Assembly (NCBI RefSeq): GCF_009914755.1
Contig: NC_060933.1
DNA length: 64,000 nucleotides
Strand: one strand, 5' to 3'
From: the human T2T-CHM13v2.0 reference genome, Homo sapiens
Positions within the stretch are counted from its first letter, which is position 1; every line of letters begins with the position of its first letter. The position numbers and the translations under genes are program-made. The notes under the pieces were generated by a model, which saw nothing but the letters and a program-made list of their open reading frames with translations, had not been told where the DNA came from and did not search any database. This document shows, one piece after another, positions 25,400 through 39,447 of the stretch.

Positions 25400-26364
25400 G
25401 AGCCCTTGAAAATTCATAAGCTCTAGACTTCAAATACTAGAGTAAGATTCCAGTTCTCTTTACCTTAATCTAAATTTTACCTAGTATTCCATGACACTAC
25501 ACTTACTGTATAAAGTTGAAAGCTGCTATGAAGAGAACAAAAAAAAAAAAGAGTGAGAGAGAAGAGGTTCATTCTAGTTAAACATGCCATTAGTCCTAAA
25601 TAGAAAGGAATAAAAGAGACATCTAGAAGATGGTATGGACACTGGTCAGAATTTGCCTTCTTGGGAATAATAGATAAAACTACACAAGAGATACTAAGTT
25701 AACTTAAAATAGTTAATAAATTTTGTGTGTGTGTATGTGATGGGTTTAGATAGGAGAAAAAGAAGAACCCAGAATGATTATACATTGCAGAAGTGAGCAG
25801 CGAGTGAATGGAGGGAAAAAGAAGGGAAAAATGTACAACTCACTGTCTCCTTCTGTTCCTTGCACCTTGCTGAATTTTAAGGTTGATTTGTTTCTTTTTA
25901 ACATGTATAGAAGAACCAGCCCATATAATCCTAGTAAAGGTGGCAATATTTAACCAATTGAGTGTAAAATTACTAAAGTTCTGGGCATATTGGCTAGTGT
26001 CTACTCTGAGGTGAAAGGGAGTGGTAATGACAATTGCTACTGATGGAAAATCCAATTAAAATTTACTAAGAAATTCTTGAACACCTAATTGGATGCCTCA
26101 CTCGGTCTTTGATGCTACAATTCTCATCAAAGAAAGTATATTTCCTGATTAAGTTTTAAGAAGTGAAAGGTGTAAAGAATAAGTAGAGAAGGAAGAGAAA
26201 GTAGAGGAGACACCCATTGCCACCATTACTAAAACAAGAGCACGGAGACTACACAATGAGCTGTATAAAGTGCCCACTATGTGCAGATAACAGGAAAAGT
26301 ACTTTATCAATGTTATCCCAATCGATTCTGAAAACGCCTTTACAATGTGGATGGATGTTCTGCA

Positions 26365-26650
26365 TTTTTTGAAACGGAATCTCGCTCTATCGCCCAGGCT
26401 GGAGCGCATGGCACGATCTCAGCTCACTGCAAGCTCCGCCTCCTGGGTTCACGCCATTCTCCTGCCTCAGCCTCCGGAGTAGCTGGGACTACAGGCGTCC
26501 GCCACCACGCCCGGCTAATTTTTTGTATTTTTAGTAGAGACGGGGTTTCACCATGTTAGCCAGGATGGTCTCGGTCGCCTGACCTCGTGATCCGCCCGCC
26601 TCGGCGTCCCAAAGTGCTAGGATTACAGGCGTGAGCCACCACGCCCGGCC
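26365..26650 (-). mobile_element. AluY with very short tail
   Basis: AluY diagnostics present. Tail is only T6 and no TSD is obvious. Confidence 0.93.
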
Positions 26651-29064
26651 AGCCCCTTGTATTCTTAAATACACACATGCCACCTCTTACTCTAAGGTAA
26701 AGAAAGTGTCGCCGACACACATGGATTAAATATCTCCTTTTGCATAACAAAAAGACCTCTGAACTTTCTGAGTAGTAGAGCTGGAAAACACTTGATGAAA
26801 GATAAACTGAGTCCCAAATTTGTGGTGTTTTGGAACTCATGTTTTCAACTTTCCACAAATGGTGTAGAGCAAAGAGTCCTGGTATCTTGGCCTCATATAA
26901 ATTTAATTGTTATTCAACCATATCACCCATACATTGTGTGATTGAGGATCTCTGTAACATTATTTCAAGACTCCTATGCCTCAATTATTAAGTTAGAATA
27001 AATCATAAAGTACTTGAGAAAATCAAAGGAAGCAAAGGCTATATGAAAGGCTCGTGTTAGCTGGAAAACTTTTTAAGTTTTTGGAGACTTACTTTGTCCA
27101 GTGTACTGGAAGAGTCCAAGAAAAGGATAAAAAAAAAAAAAGACAAAGTACAATCATGATCTTCAGTCTCTTATCAGACAAGATTAATTATAATGATGAC
27201 AATAAATTAGAAGTAATCTGAACAAATCTGGAAGTTTTGAGAGTGCAGAGAAAGTAATGATTAACCCTAAAAGGTATATAATAGGTGTTTTTGAATAAAA
27301 TACATCATTTTGATGTGATTGAGGCTAAAGACTCAGGAGGAGCCCAATATCAATTTGAGTCATTCATGGCTAGAGGAGAAACAAAAGCAAGACACAAAGA
27401 GCGTGGACCCTCACAGAATTAAAAAAGCCCCTCTTGGCTTTGAAGATTTGATTATGATACATGGCATGATTATGGTATGATGGGAAATGTGCATGACATT
27501 TTACAAATCTGAGATTAGATAGAAATTAATGAGATCTCACTTTGTTGTGGGGTTCATGCTGGTCCTGAGACCTAGTAATAAGCATATGGTCTTTAGAAGA
27601 TATCAAGGTGGGGATCTCGGTACTCTTGCCACTGTGTTTTCAGAATTGGAGACAATGGCATCATTTCTGATTGTGCTGTATTTGAGGCAAAAGTCAGGGG
27701 CAATGAATAGAGAAGCAGCATTCATTCTTCTAATTGTATATTTCTTTTTGTTAATGCTTCAAAGCAAATGACATGAAAAATTTTATATAATGGTGATGAG
27801 CAGATTTTTCCATTTGTAGACGATGACCACATGCATGGATAGGCGGGCCATTCTTTATTTATGCTCAACCGAGTTTCTGCAAATAGAGAAATCGGCTAAT
27901 TATCTACAAATTTTCATTCTTTATCTGCATAGAATTTTAATGAACAGGAATTGCCATTTACTCATTTATATTTGTGAAGAGGGAACAATCTCTCCCTTTG
28001 GTCATTTCTCTCCCTTTGTAGTTCTCAGACCTGATAGCATTAGAAGAAATAAAATTCTGGCTGGTCATTTTCCTACTAAGGATTTCCTACTAAGCAATCC
28101 TTTCTGTCACCTTCCTAACTGCAGTTTTCTGAATCAGATGTCTTGCCTGGAATTATGAGGATGAAGTAGGGTAGGGATGTTCTAAAGATTGTCCTTGTTA
28201 TGTTGTCTTTGTAGACCTGGCTCTCTGTGAAGACATGGCTTGGATTTAATTGGGTTGTAATGCACACAAAGTAATCAAGTCAAATCCACAAATGGCCGTT
28301 GAGGACAACTATTACAAGGAAATAAGCTTGACAAAATGCCCCTTTACTAATTTCTGGCCTGAAATCTACAGACCTTGTAAGTATTTGGCACAGAGGTGCA
28401 ACTTCTGTGCTGCTAAATGATCATCATCATTACCAATAACAAGAGTTTATTATTGCACCAAAATATATCTATATTGATTCAGGCTTTCGTACTGTCTCTC
28501 CCATGAAATAAAATTCCTGTCTGGTCTCCCTGCCCGCCTAGTTCCTTTCCAATCCATTCTGTCTGTGGTGGATAAATATTTTTTCAATATAGATCTTATT
28601 TTGCCCTTTTCTCAGTCAAAACCGCTTCAGTGTTTCCTTCATCAACTGCAAATTAATGTAATACAAAGTTCTCATTTAAAGAGTAAACAATCGTTTGTGG
28701 ACCACCCATGAAGGTTTTAATTATTTTCATTATAACATTACTCAAGTGTAAATCTAAGTACGTACTTCTTAAAATAGTGCTTGTACATGTATACCACCGA
28801 ACCAAACTTATTAACGAAACACAAAAAACATACTGAAACCAAAACCAAAACAATTGTCAATACTAAGTTGTTCCTCTTGAAATCTTATTATCAATATAGA
28901 ATTTAATAGTAGAAGGAAGTGCTTGTGTGATAAGTTCTACTTTTTAAATAGACTTTTATTGTTTTATATTTTGATATAATAAATCGAGTCATTGTCATTA
29001 TTAGTAGTTTTTAAAAACTCTAATTTTTTTAATGTCCTGTTATTTTGACAGACCAAATAAATAG

Positions 29065-29330
29065 AATAGAATCCAAGTAGCAGATATGTGGAAAGAATAA
29101 GTGTGGAGATCTAATATACAACATGAGGACTCTAGGTAATAAAGCTGTGCTGTGTATGGGATTCATACTGAATAAATAGATTTTACCTGCTCTTGCCACC
29201 AAAACAAACAAAATGTGTAACTATGTGAAATACGTTAATTTGCTTCACTATAGTAACCATTTTACTATCCATGTGTATCCTATAACATGGTGTATACCTT
29301 AATTATACACAACAAAATTTATTTTAAAAG
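29065..29330 (+). mobile_element. L1MB1/L1MA10-like 3' end
   Basis: GAGATCTAATATACAACATGAGGACT...GTTAATTTGCTTCACTATAGTAACCATTTTACTATC...ACCTTAATTATACAC. Confidence 0.75.
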
Positions 29331-29398
29331 GAATCCTTACACAATTTAAAAAAAATCATGATTGAGGAAAAAAAAACCTTTATTGCACATTTGGTATC

Positions 29399-29745
29399 TG
29401 CTATGATATGAATGTTTGCATCCTCTCAAAATTCATATGTTAAAATCCTACCACCGGCCCCCCCACCCCCCTGCCAAGGTGATGGGCAGTAAGAGAGGTC
29501 TTTAGGAGGTGACTACGTCATGGAGGAACCCTCATGAATAGAATTAGAGCCCTTATAAGAAAAGGTCTGAGGGAGCTCAGTGGCCTCTTTTGCTATATGA
29601 GGACACTGCTAGAAGGCACCACCTATGAATTCGAACACAGTCTTTTTCCAGATGCTAAATCTGCTGTTTCCTTGATCTTGAACTTCCCAGCCTCCAAAAC
29701 TGTGAAAAATAAATCTCTGTTGTTTATAAGCAGTCCACTGTAGGT
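29399..29745 (+). mobile_element. MLT1A0-like LTR, 3'-truncated
   Basis: TGCTATGATATGAATGTTTG...CAAAATTCATATGTT...CTTGATCTTGAACTTCCCAGCCTCCAAAACTGTGA. Confidence 0.8.
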
Positions 29746-30470
29746 GCTAAAATGAGATTCAACAAAGTTTCTATTTTTCTGGGAATTACCTGAGATCTCA
29801 TTAAATGTGGGATTATTTTTAAAAATAATAATAAGTAAATAAATGTGGGGTTGTTTTCTTAATATAATGGCTTTCAAACTCGTTAAAGACATGAACCACT
29901 CTGTGAAAGTTAAATCTCATTGATGATCGATGCCCCCATGCTATACAGATCAGCTCTTATTATACAGCTTGATCTGTTTCTTTGTAGCACTTGTCAGAAA
30001 TATAATTAAATAATGGTTAGTGCATTTATCTGACGCCCTGCTACAAAGAAGTCAAGAGGAAAGGGCCTACAAGTCTGTCTTGGTCAAAAGTCTGTCTGAA
30101 CCACCCTACACAGTGGCTATGATATGGTAGACACTCAATAAATATTGCATGAGTCCTAAAGCAAGTTTGCTCTGGTTGAGACTGGAGTGGGAGACTTCCA
30201 GCTAAGTCCCTCCTGTTCTTCCTCAGTGGCCCCTGGAGTGGCTTAGCACAATGTCTAATGTTCATCAGAGTATATTTTGGGGAAAAACAAAAGTCCATAA
30301 AAAACTCAATTTTCTCATTCTTCATTGACAAAGCAGAGGTGATAATGAACGACCAACAAGATTGTCTTAAGGATGATCCAATATAAGATAATGTATGTAA
30401 ACATGGGTTTTAAACCTTAAAAATTTTTACCAGTATTTGCCATCTTTAGAAATCTAAGACATGGCTATCA

Positions 30471-30871
<401 letters not shown>

Positions 30872-31349
30872 AAAGGTTAAAGACTTCTCTTGTGGATGCT
30901 GGTTTAATGAAAGCAGCCCAAGTCCAGAATCAAAATACATCACACTCAAAATGACCAAATAGTAATTAAATTTCATTTTCTGAACCCTTTGTCTTCACTT
31001 TATTTTGACCTCTGCAGCCCCACCAGCTTCAGAGTAATATATACCACACCTCATATCCTTATTTACAAGTCCTTGGGAGAAATCATGCATATAGCTGACA
31101 TTTTTTAGTTGAGAGCACAATTAGAAATAGTTTTGAAATGGCTTACTCCGGAATTTACAAATTTGGGGTGTGTGCAGTGGTTAGAATGGAGCTAAGGTTG
31201 AGGAGGAAAAGGAGACAAAATGTTAGAAAGACAAAATGTGTTTTTAAAGGCTTGAGAAAAATTATTCTAAAAGAATCCTCTTGTCTGCGCTGCTTTTGTT
31301 TAAATAAATACTGCATTTAAATCAGAGTCCATTTAGCCAGGACTTTGGG

Positions 31350-32420
31350 ATAGAACTTTCAGGTCCTGTCTTATGCAAACCTGCATCCAAAGTCTGGCTT
31401 TAATACTTCCTGTGTATGTTCTTATACAAGTGACTTGATCCCTTTATGCAGCTATTTCCTTATACGCAAAATGCAGGTATTAGCAGTACCTGTCTCCCAG
31501 GGTTGTCATGAGCATGAAATCACACAATTCTTAGCCTGCAGTTGTAAGAGGTCTATATAAGGTTTTGAGAACTGAAGTGTCTCCAGAGTGTTGCACTGCT
31601 ATTATGATCAGGCCCCAGAAGTTCCTAATCCATGCCTTTTTATTATTATTCCACGTCTGCCTTTTCTAGCCATTAACACCAGTGGATATAAACTCTGCAA
31701 AAACAGAGGGGTTTGTCTGTTTAGTTTCCTACTGTACTTCCAACAACTTAACTAATACCTAGAACACAGTAGACATTCAATAAATACATGTAGAATAAAT
31801 GAATGCTATAAAAGAAAAACCAGAATGGTAATGACATACCACGTTATTAGTAGCTAGTTAGGTAGACTAGCATCTTCTTCCCTGATCCAACCAAAGCAGG
31901 GTACAAAATCCTTAAGAGCTCAGATTCTGAATGCAGATTACACAGATTTTCAATCCCGATTTCACTACTTATTAAATATTTAACAGCGGGAAAGTTAAAT
32001 GATTCCTCTGACCTCTGTTTTCACATGTGTAAGACGAAGACAACACTGACACTTCCATTATGTGGTTTTGAGTGAGAGTTAGATAAATTATATAAAGAGT
32101 TTAGAAAAGTTGCTAGCATGTAGAATGTGCTATATGTATTAAATATTACTACTAGTGTTTTTATCATTTTGTTTAGTGACATGTAGATTACAAAGCAGAC
32201 CTATTATTGATATTCCTAAATCTGTCTGTTTATTAATTGCATATATCATGTCATTTGATGTTCATGAATAATCAAATACGGGAAGTGCTTTACCCATTGT
32301 ACAGTTGAGATAACTAAGGCTCACAGATGGAATTAATTTGCCAAGATCACACATAGTTAGTAAGTAGCAGAAGTGAGACATAAGCTTGATCTGAGTAACA
32401 CCAAACTTTACTCCAGTGTC
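31350..32420. mobile_element. Cluster of MIR and L2 fragments
   Basis: MIR cores near 31380-31520, 31900-32150 and 32270-32410. L2 3' end at 31690-31805 (CCTAGAACACAGTAGACATTCAATAAATAC...GAATAAATGAATG). Confidence 0.6.
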
Positions 32421-33939
32421 CAGCAAAGAGCATGGAAGATTGTTTATATTTACAAGTCACTTAGAAAGGTTTTTCCATACCACATTACTGACCCTTGTCC
32501 ATGGTAAGACACAAGAAGCATTCCTTAGTGATACTATATGTTTCTCTAATTTTTTTCCCTTTATCAAAGTGTCTGTCTCACAATAAACTTTCATATGGTA
32601 GACATGTAAGGGAAATGCTATTGATTGTGGCTACATTTTGTGAGATACCTATGACATTCTAGGCCAACACTCCATTCTTTACAGTCTCTCTCATCAATTT
32701 CACACAATGATTCCATAAGATGAACACAATTATTGACATCTTAGCTGACAAAAATTCAGAAGTTATGTATTTTTCCCCAGGCACCCCAGTTGATAAATAG
32801 CAGAATTGGAATTTAAACAGGCCTGGTGACCCAAAAACTTGACTCTATATCTTACCCTGAAGAAATATGCAAGTGATATCAAGCCTGATATTGAAACTTT
32901 AGTCCACTTCATCAGACTTTGGAAAAAAACGTGACACTCAACATAGCAGGTGGGTGATCAGATTGGTTTCTCTCTCTCTCTCTCTCCTGACTCCAGCTTG
33001 CCATGGACAAAATAGAAATAATGAAGTGTCAATAACTAAAAGTTTATTCCTGGCTAACAGCTGATGAGTGTTTTCAGAGGCTCCTGTTTTTTGACCTTTA
33101 GGTGCCCTAGACAATGACGGAATCTCGTTGAAAGCTCTTTAAGCTGAAATTAATTTATGCTCGACAGTGATTAAAAGAGAAAGTGAGAAGGGGATGGAAA
33201 TTAACAAATCCATCTTTATTGCTGAGATCCCATTATGATTATAAGGAGAGAGAAAAATCAACGTGGCGGGTGCCAGCTGCAATCTGGTAAGGAGTTTAAA
33301 CAGCCCATCCTGCTTGGGAAATGCCCTTGGGTGGACAGATTTATCTGTCACTGAGGCTCTCAGAGAGAGGGGCTTATTTATCAAGGACTGGAATGCTGAG
33401 GTCCTTAACTTACTTTTGGAATAAGAGGCTGGGTCGTAGAAATAGCTGCCAGGGTAATAGGCCAAAAATTTTGACAGACAAGGTCTCTTGAAAGGCAAAT
33501 TTTTCTGGTGCATCCAGGAACAGAAATGGCTAAACTGCTGAATTGCCATGCCCTGGGTTCCTGTTGGGTCAGTCTCTTTCTCTTGGGTACATGCCTTTGA
33601 GTACCTTTATACTGCAACTCATCATGTGCTCTTTGGGAGGGCTCTGAGGCCAAGGACCTTGTTTCATACCAGAAATTCACAATGCTCCTTGGACCATGCA
33701 TTATATGTGTAGAAAGCCAAACAAATATTAAAGAAGAGACGACCACTATTTCTTTATTCATTCTTCAAAAATAATATTTGCCAAACACCTCATATGCATC
33801 ATGCTCAATAGCAGGCAATGAAGATAAAGATGTTAGGTAACAGAATATCTTTGTCCTCATAGCACCAACCTGAGATAGTGAGGCTCATTTCCCTTTAAAA
33901 TTGAAATCAGAATTCTCCAAAAGACAATCTTAGACTCAT

Positions 33940-34420
33940 AGCATTTCAAGAGAACTAATATGTGCTGAGAACTTTCTATGTTCCAAAGAGTTGACAGATG
34001 ATGTCTCAATACTGGAAACAATGAAAGTAAGTATGCTTTACCTGATTTTACATTAAGTGAGTGAGGGCTCAGAGAGGTGAAATGACTTCTTTTTGGGCAC
34101 AGAGCTAGAATAACTGGAGCCAGAGAGTTTATACGCAGACCTATTATACACCAAAATCTGTTTTTTCTCTACTGTCCTCATCACATCAAAGATATGATGG
34201 TGAAATAAGAGCATGAATCTAAGAAAGGGCCTGACTGTGTGTTTTTGCTCAACCCCTTACTGACTTTGTGACCTTGGGAAAATTATTGTATCTTACAGTG
34301 TATAGATGTTCTCATTTGTAGAAAAAGGGATAGGATTCCCTGCTCTTCCAGTTTCAGAGGTTAATCTTAGGCTCAGAGGAAATAACGTAGGTGAAAGTGC
34401 TTTGCAAATGTAAGCTATTA
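33940..34420. mobile_element. Two MIR fragments in opposite orientation
   Basis: GGCTCAGAGAGGTGAAATGACTT...; TGTGACCTTGGGAAAATTATT...TTCTCATTTGTAGAAAAAGGGATA. Confidence 0.6.
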
Positions 34421-36693
34421 TTGTTAGATAGTTTAGTCTCTACTAATACATAAATCTCCATAATATTTCTTAATATACCTCATAATAGCTTGTACTTTAA
34501 AACTGTAAAACTGAAAACATTATATCACGTCTTGTAAACATGTACCTCTTGTAAACATGTAACTCAAGGGACTGATATGTAGACTATGATTCTTCCAATT
34601 TACTTTATCATTGGACATATCTCAAAAGGAAAACTTGCTTTATTTCAAAGCAGGCAAGAACATTGTGAGTTGAATATCTGAAAACATTAATGATAAAAAT
34701 AATAATGATAAAATAATCTTTTATTTGATGGCTACTATAATCTTATGGGAATTAGTATTGCTAAAGGAGGAAACTGATAGCTTGTTTAGTCCCTGAGGGA
34801 AACATTGTATTATTGTGACCATGTACAGAGTCATAGTGGTTGCCCTTGGAGGGAACTTTAGAGGAGTAGGGTTAGGATGACGGAGTTCATCAACTTACTC
34901 AGTTTCTTTGGAGCAGATATTTTACTTCTCTGGACCACAACTTCCTTTTTTTTTAACAAAAGGATCATATTTAATATTCAGATATATCTCCCTTAAGATT
35001 ATAATTATTTCATGAAAAATTGATTCTTCAAAGTACTAAAGATACATTAAGTACTGCTTAATTGCTATGATTTTACTCTCAACTCTGGGTTGCTCTGAGA
35101 TGGAGATTCAAGTGTAATTCAAATGCAGTGATGTCTCATGCAGGGGACTGGAAGCAATTGGCCCCCTTTACCTGCAAAAGAATCCTTCCTTGCAAGGTTT
35201 GAGGAAGCTACATGCAGAGAATTAAGGCGAATGTTATACCCTGAGGTGAAATAGAGTTGGAAGAAGTAGCATAAATTTGAAGCCTGGGAAGTACTTCCTG
35301 CTTTCACCTATTCAATTTCTTTCAAAATACAAATCTCAAAATTAGGATTCTAGGGAATTATGCCAAAATGAGAAAGTGGAAAGAGAGAAAGAAAGAGAGA
35401 AAAAGAGAGAGAGAGAGTTAGTTTTGTCATTTGACCCAGAAGTGAAACCATGTTAGTGTAAGAAGCAAGAACTGTATGGGAAGAGCCAGTTCATGTGGAC
35501 TTTAAATGCACAGTGACAGTTATAAGTGAGTATAGCCCAAACAAGATGTTGAACTCTGACTCAGATTAGCAGTTCCTCTTACCTTAAAGAAAAGTTGATG
35601 AGTTAATGTAAAAGCAATCACAGGGTGAAATTTCATGACTTAGGGAGAAAGAACGAACTGTTGCTTCTCTGGTGAAACATTTTCAGTGGATCCACATTGA
35701 CAACAGCATGATTTCCCACGCTGTGTTTTATAAATCATGAGTTTCCCAAGATATTGTAGATGTTACTAGGATAAGTTACCCGGGGAAAATGTGTTTGAAA
35801 AATATCAAGTTAAACACTTTACTAGGTTGCTGTACTACATGACTTCTCACAGTCCTCAATAACCTGGTATTTATTACGAGTCTCTCAGAGGGGATATAAT
35901 ATGCAGAATATGAATATTCAGGCATATTTAACAAAAATCCATTATAATGGAGCATTTCTATGGATAAATGTTATGACAAATACGCTTTGGAAGATGCCCG
36001 TCTAAAAGGTATAGTCCCAAGCTAGGAGTACTTCTTTCACTGCCAGCACTGATAACTTAATGGCTGCTTTCTCACTCATGAAAGTTCTTAGTTGGGTGAA
36101 TCGCTCGGGCACTTCTTCCCACCATTCCACCCACCAGAACACAGTCACCTTATCATACTGAGACACAAAGGGGGTTGGAAAATATGGGCTTTCTTTATGC
36201 CTAGGAATAAAATAAAACATATACACCACTGTCTTATGCACAGCAGTCACTTGGAAGCTTTCTATACTCTGTGCCCAAAATTGCTGGAAATGGTTCATGG
36301 CAACATATTTTATATTCTTTCCATTTCCTTATGTTTCCTGCATTTCTTAATTGTTAATTTTGCACATTTTTTCTTCTTCTTTAACCTATCTCACTTTTTT
36401 TCTACTTATGTCTGAGAGGGAACCCTAACCATCCTAAAAGACCCCATTAAAATGTCACTTCTACCATGATACCCTATCTGCTCATCCTATCATACTTGTT
36501 TCAACTTGTCTTCTTCCTATGACATTTATAATCTCTCTATTATATGACAAATACTAATTTAAGATTTATTGGATACTCTTAACTCTCTTAATATAAAATT
36601 TTGGGAGGCAATTGTGTCATGATATAGAGGGAAGGCCAGGGTCTTCAGAATGAGACACATCTTAGTTTACATCCTGGCTTTATCACTTACTAA

Positions 36694-37070
<377 letters not shown>

Positions 37071-37489
37071 AACTTAAAATCTTTCTAAGTCAGGTTGTTG
37101 GAAGGTTCAAATAATATAATGTACAAAGGTTCTTAATACAGTGTGCCTTCCAAAGATGAAGTCATCTATGTATGTTTATTGTTACAATTGTTTTCATTGT
37201 TTTATTTTTTGTAGCCAAATCGACCCAGCCTGCAATCCTGACCCTGCCATTTATTAGTGGTCTGACTTAGAGAAAATTACTTTCCACTTCTGAGTCTCAG
37301 TTTTTTCATTTGTAAAAATGGGTATGGCCTTCCCTTTCTGAGTGAATAGCAAGAAGAAGTGTTTATCACGATGTCTGACATATAGCAGAGGCACAAGTAA
37401 TTAATGAATTTATTACAGACTACTTCAATAGAAGGCATAAAAACATTTATTCACTTAATGATTCCATCTAGGAAGGAAAAAAGACAGTT

Positions 37490-37762
37490 TCCTCCATGTA
37501 GCTTGCTTTTGTGCCTAAGGACCTGTAGCCGAACAGTTCTGCGTTAATTTCCCTCTTAGTTTTGAAAACTGTAATCTAAGCCAGGTTCTTCTTTTCTGAT
37601 GTGAACTTGGTCACCTTCCTTCTTATACTATCCTCTTAGGCACTTGAAGACTGTTAAATCAGCTCGGCATCTTTCTCTTCTCCAGGCTGAATCCCTTTAA
37701 TCTTGCATCCCAAGTTTCCATTTCCAGTTCTTTAATCATTTCTTATTGCACTGCCCTTCCAT
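37490..37762 (-). mobile_element. L3/CR1 fragment
   Basis: TGAAGACTGTTAAATCA...TTTCTCTTCTCCAGGCTGAA...TTTCCAGTTCTTTAATCATTT. Confidence 0.55.
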
Positions 37763-37859
37763 TTTTGAAGCATGCAGAAGCACAGGAGGAAACAGAAAGT
37801 CCTAAAGTAATATGCGGAAACAGCATGAACCTACACTACAAACTAACTGATAAAGGACA

Positions 37860-37860
<1 letters not shown>

Positions 37861-37908
<48 letters not shown>
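37861..37908. repeat. (TG)3(TA)n microsatellite
   Basis: Read directly from the sequence. Confidence 0.95.
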
Positions 37909-37912
<4 letters not shown>

Positions 37913-39067
37913 AACAGTTAGAAGTAGTAAACTACAGGAAATTTCTCTTTACTCCCTACTAGCAGTCCCACTTCTAGTATCATCTTCAGAGCCAATAGCA
38001 GGTGGCATTTTACAGGTATTTCTCTATGCATAACAAAGGTTTAGCCATTTATGTCTGGATGTTGTGTTCACTTGAATCAACATCAAATACTTACCATATA
38101 CCAGTTGTTCTATACACAGCATTCCAGTTGAAGTCCTGCTTCTGCAAATACAAAGTAAGCAGTAAACAAATAATGTATAATCATATAATGGCTATGGATA
38201 CCGATATTAAAGAAAACAGTCATGTATGGGAAAAAAGCAAAAAACACCTTTGGTCTTACACAAAACATGAATCTCCCACTAACTAGCTGTGAATATTGCA
38301 TGAGTGAACTCTCCTTGAGCCTCAGGTTTTATCATTTGTGGAACTGGATAGGGCCAATAGCCCTTCAGAGTTTTCTTGGAAACTAAATAAACCAATATAC
38401 AAAAAGTATTTACCTCTGTGTCTGACACCTAACACTCAAAAAACCACTTTCGTTTCCTGTCATTGTTTTGCAAGCACAAAGAAGAAATATCAAGTAAAGA
38501 AATCATAGTGGCAGAAAGCCTTTTCAAATAGAGTACTCAAGTTTGTTAACAAACACTTGTTTGTAACATTTCTTCTTCCTTTAATAATCCATTTCTATTA
38601 GTCTAAGGCAAACTATGCAGGCCCCAAACTGTAATCAAATGTCTCCTTTTCACCTTCTCCTCTTTTATTCTGCCTTTTTTTATGCAAACTTCCTCTTCTG
38701 TTTATTCATAATAATCTGTCTCCCTTATCTGCCCTCGTTTCCTCATTTTCCCTGTCTAACCTATTTCCACCACTACGTTTCTTTTTTTTTTCTTCCTGTC
38801 CTTTGAATCAGTTTTTCTCTCTCAACAATCAAGAGTGATCTTGAAAGGTGGAAAAAAACACAGGTAGAGTTGATGATGGTGTAGGACTGTGATCAGGGAC
38901 ATAGGCTTTGGAACCAGAGAGCTCTGGATTTCAATCCAGTTTCTCTTATTTATTAGCTAATAATATTGGAAAGGTACTTAACATTTAAAAAATGATAATT
39001 GTACATATTTATGTGGTACATGTGATATTTTAGAACATGCATACAATGTATAATGATCAAATCAGGG

Positions 39068-39447
39068 TGACATGGTTTAGATTTATGTCCCTGTGCAAAT
39101 CTCATGTTGAACTGTTAATTCCCAGTGTTGGAGGAAAGCTTGGTGGGGTGTGATTGAATCATGGAGGTGGATCTCTCCTTGCTGTTCTCGTGATAGTGAA
39201 TGAGTTCTCACGAGATCTGGTTGTTCAAACGTGTAGCACCTTCCACTGCTTTCTCTTCCTCCTTCTCTGGCCACGTAAGATAGACTTGCTTCCCCTTTGC
39301 CTTCCACCATGATTGTAAGTTTCCTAAGGCCTCCCAGCCATGCTTCCTGTACAGCCTGCAGAACTGTGAGTCAATTAAACCTCTTTTCTTTATTAATTAT
39401 TCAGTCTTAGGTAGTTCTTTATAGCAGTGCGAGAACAGACTAATACA
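39068..39447 (+). mobile_element. MSTA MaLR solo LTR
   Basis: TGACATGGTTT...CAAATCTCATGTTGAA ... GAACAGACTAATACA. Perfect 5-bp TSD CAGGG at 39063-39067 and 39448-39452. Confidence 0.93.

Noticed and set aside
33055-33150. CAGCTGATGAG resembling a hammerhead ribozyme core (also CTGATGAG at about 22405)
   Set aside because: There is no stem II closed directly by GAAA and no compatible stems I/III, so the catalytic core cannot be assembled.
33139-33761. Overlapping minus-strand ORFs of 136 and 118 aa
   Set aside because: No domain or codon-bias signal that I can see; a regulatory explanation is more plausible.
35085-36000. Possible LTR16/33-like and Charlie-like remnants (similarly 18020-18530)
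   Set aside because: Too degraded to assign a family or boundaries by eye.
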